The notes below the pieces were generated by a model, which saw only the letters and a program-made list of their open reading frames with translations, had not been told where the DNA came from and made no database searches. The position numbers and the translations under genes were made by a program. From an uncultured bacterium (GTDB lineage: Bacteria; Gemmatimonadota; Gemmatimonadetes; Gemmatimonadales; Gemmatimonadaceae), in the NCBI GenBank assembly GCA_963978095.1, contig CAXBQP010000043.1, positions 1 through 27,725 on the forward strand: a stretch of DNA of 27,725 nt, read 5' to 3'. Shown here one piece after another: positions 26,074 through 27,725 of this stretch. The first letter of the stretch is position 1. The number at the start of each line of letters is the position of its first letter.

Positions 26074-26105
26074 CTGTTCGAAAGACAATCCGTCGAGAGG
26101 TCCGT

Positions 26106-26999
26106 GTGAGCATCCGCCCAGTCCGCCGTGTCGTTGACGCCCAGCCCACCATCGAGGGGGCGGGGGTCCGCCTGCATCGGGCGTTCGGGTTCGGCGACAA
26201 GAATGAGCATGACCCATTCCTGCTCTTCGACGACTTCCGCGGGAACCATCCGTCGGACTACAGCGCGGGTTTCCCTTGGCATCCGCACCGTGGGATCGAG
26301 ACGATCACCTACGTGCTGGCGGGTACGGTCGACCATGCCGATTCCCTCGGAAATCAGGGCCAGTTGGGCGCCGGGGACGTGCAATGGATGACATCGGGGC
26401 GGGGGATCCTGCATCACGAAATGCCCCATGGCGACCCGGCAGGTCGCATGCACGGTTTCCAGCTCTGGGCCAATCTGCCGAGCCATCTCAAGATGAGTGC
26501 GCCCCGGTATCAGGACGTGCCGAGCGCGGCGATCCCAGAGCTCCGCGAGGATGACGGGACCGTCGTGCGGGTCGTGTGCGGGGAGTTCTGGGGTCAGCGG
26601 GGGCCGGTGGATGGGATCGCCGCCGACCCGCAGTACCTCGACGTCTGGGTGCCGCCCGGCACCCGTCGCACCCTGCCGATGGATACCCGACGCAGTGCCT
26701 TCGCGTACATCTTCGAGGGAAGCGGCTCGTTCCGGGATGCGTCGGACCCGTATGGGGTGCTCGAGGAGGTCGACGACGACGTCGTCGTGCGTCAGTCGGT
26801 CGGGAACCGCAATCTGGTGCAGTTCGGCAGCGGTGACGAAGTGACGGTCACGGCCGGCGAGCACGGCATCCGTTTCCTGCTCGTGAGCGGCAAGCCGATC
26901 GAGGAGCCTGTGGCTTGGTACGGACCGATCGTGATGAACACCAAGCAGGAACTGCAGCAGGCCATCACGGAGCTGCGCGCCGGGACGTTCATTCGCTGA
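26106..26999 (+). CDS. Pirin family protein
   Basis: EGAGVRLHR, DPFLLFDDF, GFPWHPHRGIETITY, VQWMTSGRGILHHEMP, GFQLWANLP and EPVAWYGPIVMN; GAGAGG RBS. Confidence 0.95.
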   Translation: MSIRPVRRVVDAQPTIEGAGVRLHRAFGFGDKNEHDPFLLFDDFRGNHPSDYSAGFPWHPHRGIETITYVLAGTVDHADSLGNQGQLGAGDVQWMTSGRGILHHEMPHGDPAGRMHGFQLWANLPSHLKMSAPRYQDVPSAAIPELREDDGTVVRVVCGEFWGQRGPVDGIAADPQYLDVWVPPGTRRTLPMDTRRSAFAYIFEGSGSFRDASDPYGVLEEVDDDVVVRQSVGNRNLVQFGSGDEVTVTAGEHGIRFLLVSGKPIEEPVAWYGPIVMNTKQELQQAITELRAGTFIR

Positions 27000-27015
27000 T
27001 CCGGCGGGCCGAACG

Positions 27016-27053
27016 AACGGGGGCGGCACGCGAATCACGTGCCGCCCCCGTTT
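27016..27053. terminator. Intrinsic terminator-like hairpin between convergent pirin and M28 genes
   Basis: Perfect 15-bp inverted repeat AACGGGGGCGGCACG-cgaatca-CGTGCCGCCCCCGTT. Confidence 0.8.
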
Positions 27054-27068
27054 GCACGACGGTTCCGG

Positions 27069-27725
27069 TTACGGTTTTTTGAGCGATCCGTTGGCCAGAT
27101 GCAACAAGGCGCCGAGAGTCGTCTGGGCCGCATTGAGCCCGAGCCTGAAGTCCTTGTCGCTGTACGTCGAGAAGACGTCGCTGACCTGATGCCAGTTGGG
27201 GTCCCAGCCGGCCCCGACCTGCGAGCCGCGCTCGTTCTCGCGCAACGAGACCGTCGGAATCAGGTCCTGGAAGGGGGCGGAGTCGGTGTTGGTCATGTGC
27301 GGACCGACCTGCGCGGGATAATCGGTCGCATACTTCTCATTCGAGCCATGGAGGAACCACGCCAGCTGCTGGGAGGCGAGCGTCGCCTTGCTCTTCATCT
27401 GGAATTCGATGTTCACGTCGGCCTCGGGACGCTGATCCTTGGGAATCGACCCATCGGCGTTCGGCATGCCGTGATCCCACATCATCATGTCATGCTGGAT
27501 CATGCCGAGCCACTTGGGCTCGGGATACTTGCCGGAGCCCTTGGGGTTCTCGATCCCCTGCAGCGACTGGCGCTGGTCCACGTACGCGCGCGCGCCGTTG
27601 AGGCCGGTTTCCTCGTTGTTCCAGAGCGCGAAGCGGATCGAGCGCTCGGTCTTCACGTCCGGGCTGCTGAAGACACGTGCGAGCTCCATCACGAGCGCGG
27701 TCCCCGAGCCGTCGTCGTTGGCAGC
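27069..27725 (-). CDS. M28 family metallopeptidase, C-terminal part (runs off the right edge)
   Basis: AANDDGSGTALVMELAR, SIRFALWNNEETGLNG, MIQHDMM, TDSAPF and PNWHQVSD zinc-ligand motifs. Confidence 0.88.
   Translation of the reverse strand, partial: AANDDGSGTALVMELARVFSSPDVKTERSIRFALWNNEETGLNGARAYVDQRQSLQGIENPKGSGKYPEPKWLGMIQHDMMMWDHGMPNADGSIPKDQRPEADVNIEFQMKSKATLASQQLAWFLHGSNEKYATDYPAQVGPHMTNTDSAPFQDLIPTVSLRENERGSQVGAGWDPNWHQVSDVFSTYSDKDFRLGLNAAQTTLGALLHLANGSLKKP

Noticed and set aside
26013..27038. 5' 342 codons of ORF 25374..27038, suggesting a large PycTM fusion protein
   Set aside because: This part is antisense to the well-conserved pirin gene and is not cyclase- or HD-like. The effector most plausibly starts at ATG 26012.
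13277..27053. The two long hairpins as REP/MITE elements or CRISPR repeats
   Set aside because: Their sequences differ, each occurs once, and both lie between convergent genes, so terminators explain them.

Overview
High-GC bacterial chromosomal window with about 30 CDSs, two of them cut by the window edges. The gene content suggests Gemmatimonadota, but this is an inference only. I found no rRNA, tRNA, CRISPR array or mobile element. From left to right: a partial S9 peptidase (missed by the ORF track); an envelope folding cluster (HEAT-repeat/cyclophilin-like protein, Spy/CpxP-like protein, FKBP); a hotdog-fold protein plus a nitronate monooxygenase/FabK-family enzyme; oligopeptidase B; a CruG-like carotenoid glycosyltransferase; a three-gene exported caspase (C14) / FlgT_N-DUF4384-like / LPP20-like lipoprotein operon; a split transhydrogenase pntAA-pntAB-pntB; an enoyl-CoA hydratase divergent from paaABCD-MFS, with no paaE; DUF5946-like, lipoprotein and cupredoxin genes; a PycTM(DUF5706)-like, DUF1800, DUF1501 operon; pirin; and a partial M28 peptidase. 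The two best candidates for undescribed systems are (1) the exported caspase operon, which has an identical sigma28-like GCCGATACTC before genes 1 and 3, and (2) an orphan Pycsar-type membrane effector translationally coupled to a Tat-exported DUF1800/DUF1501 pair. The window also shows recurring leaderless promoters and overlapping bidirectional -10 elements. All family calls come from motif recognition by eye, not from database searches.
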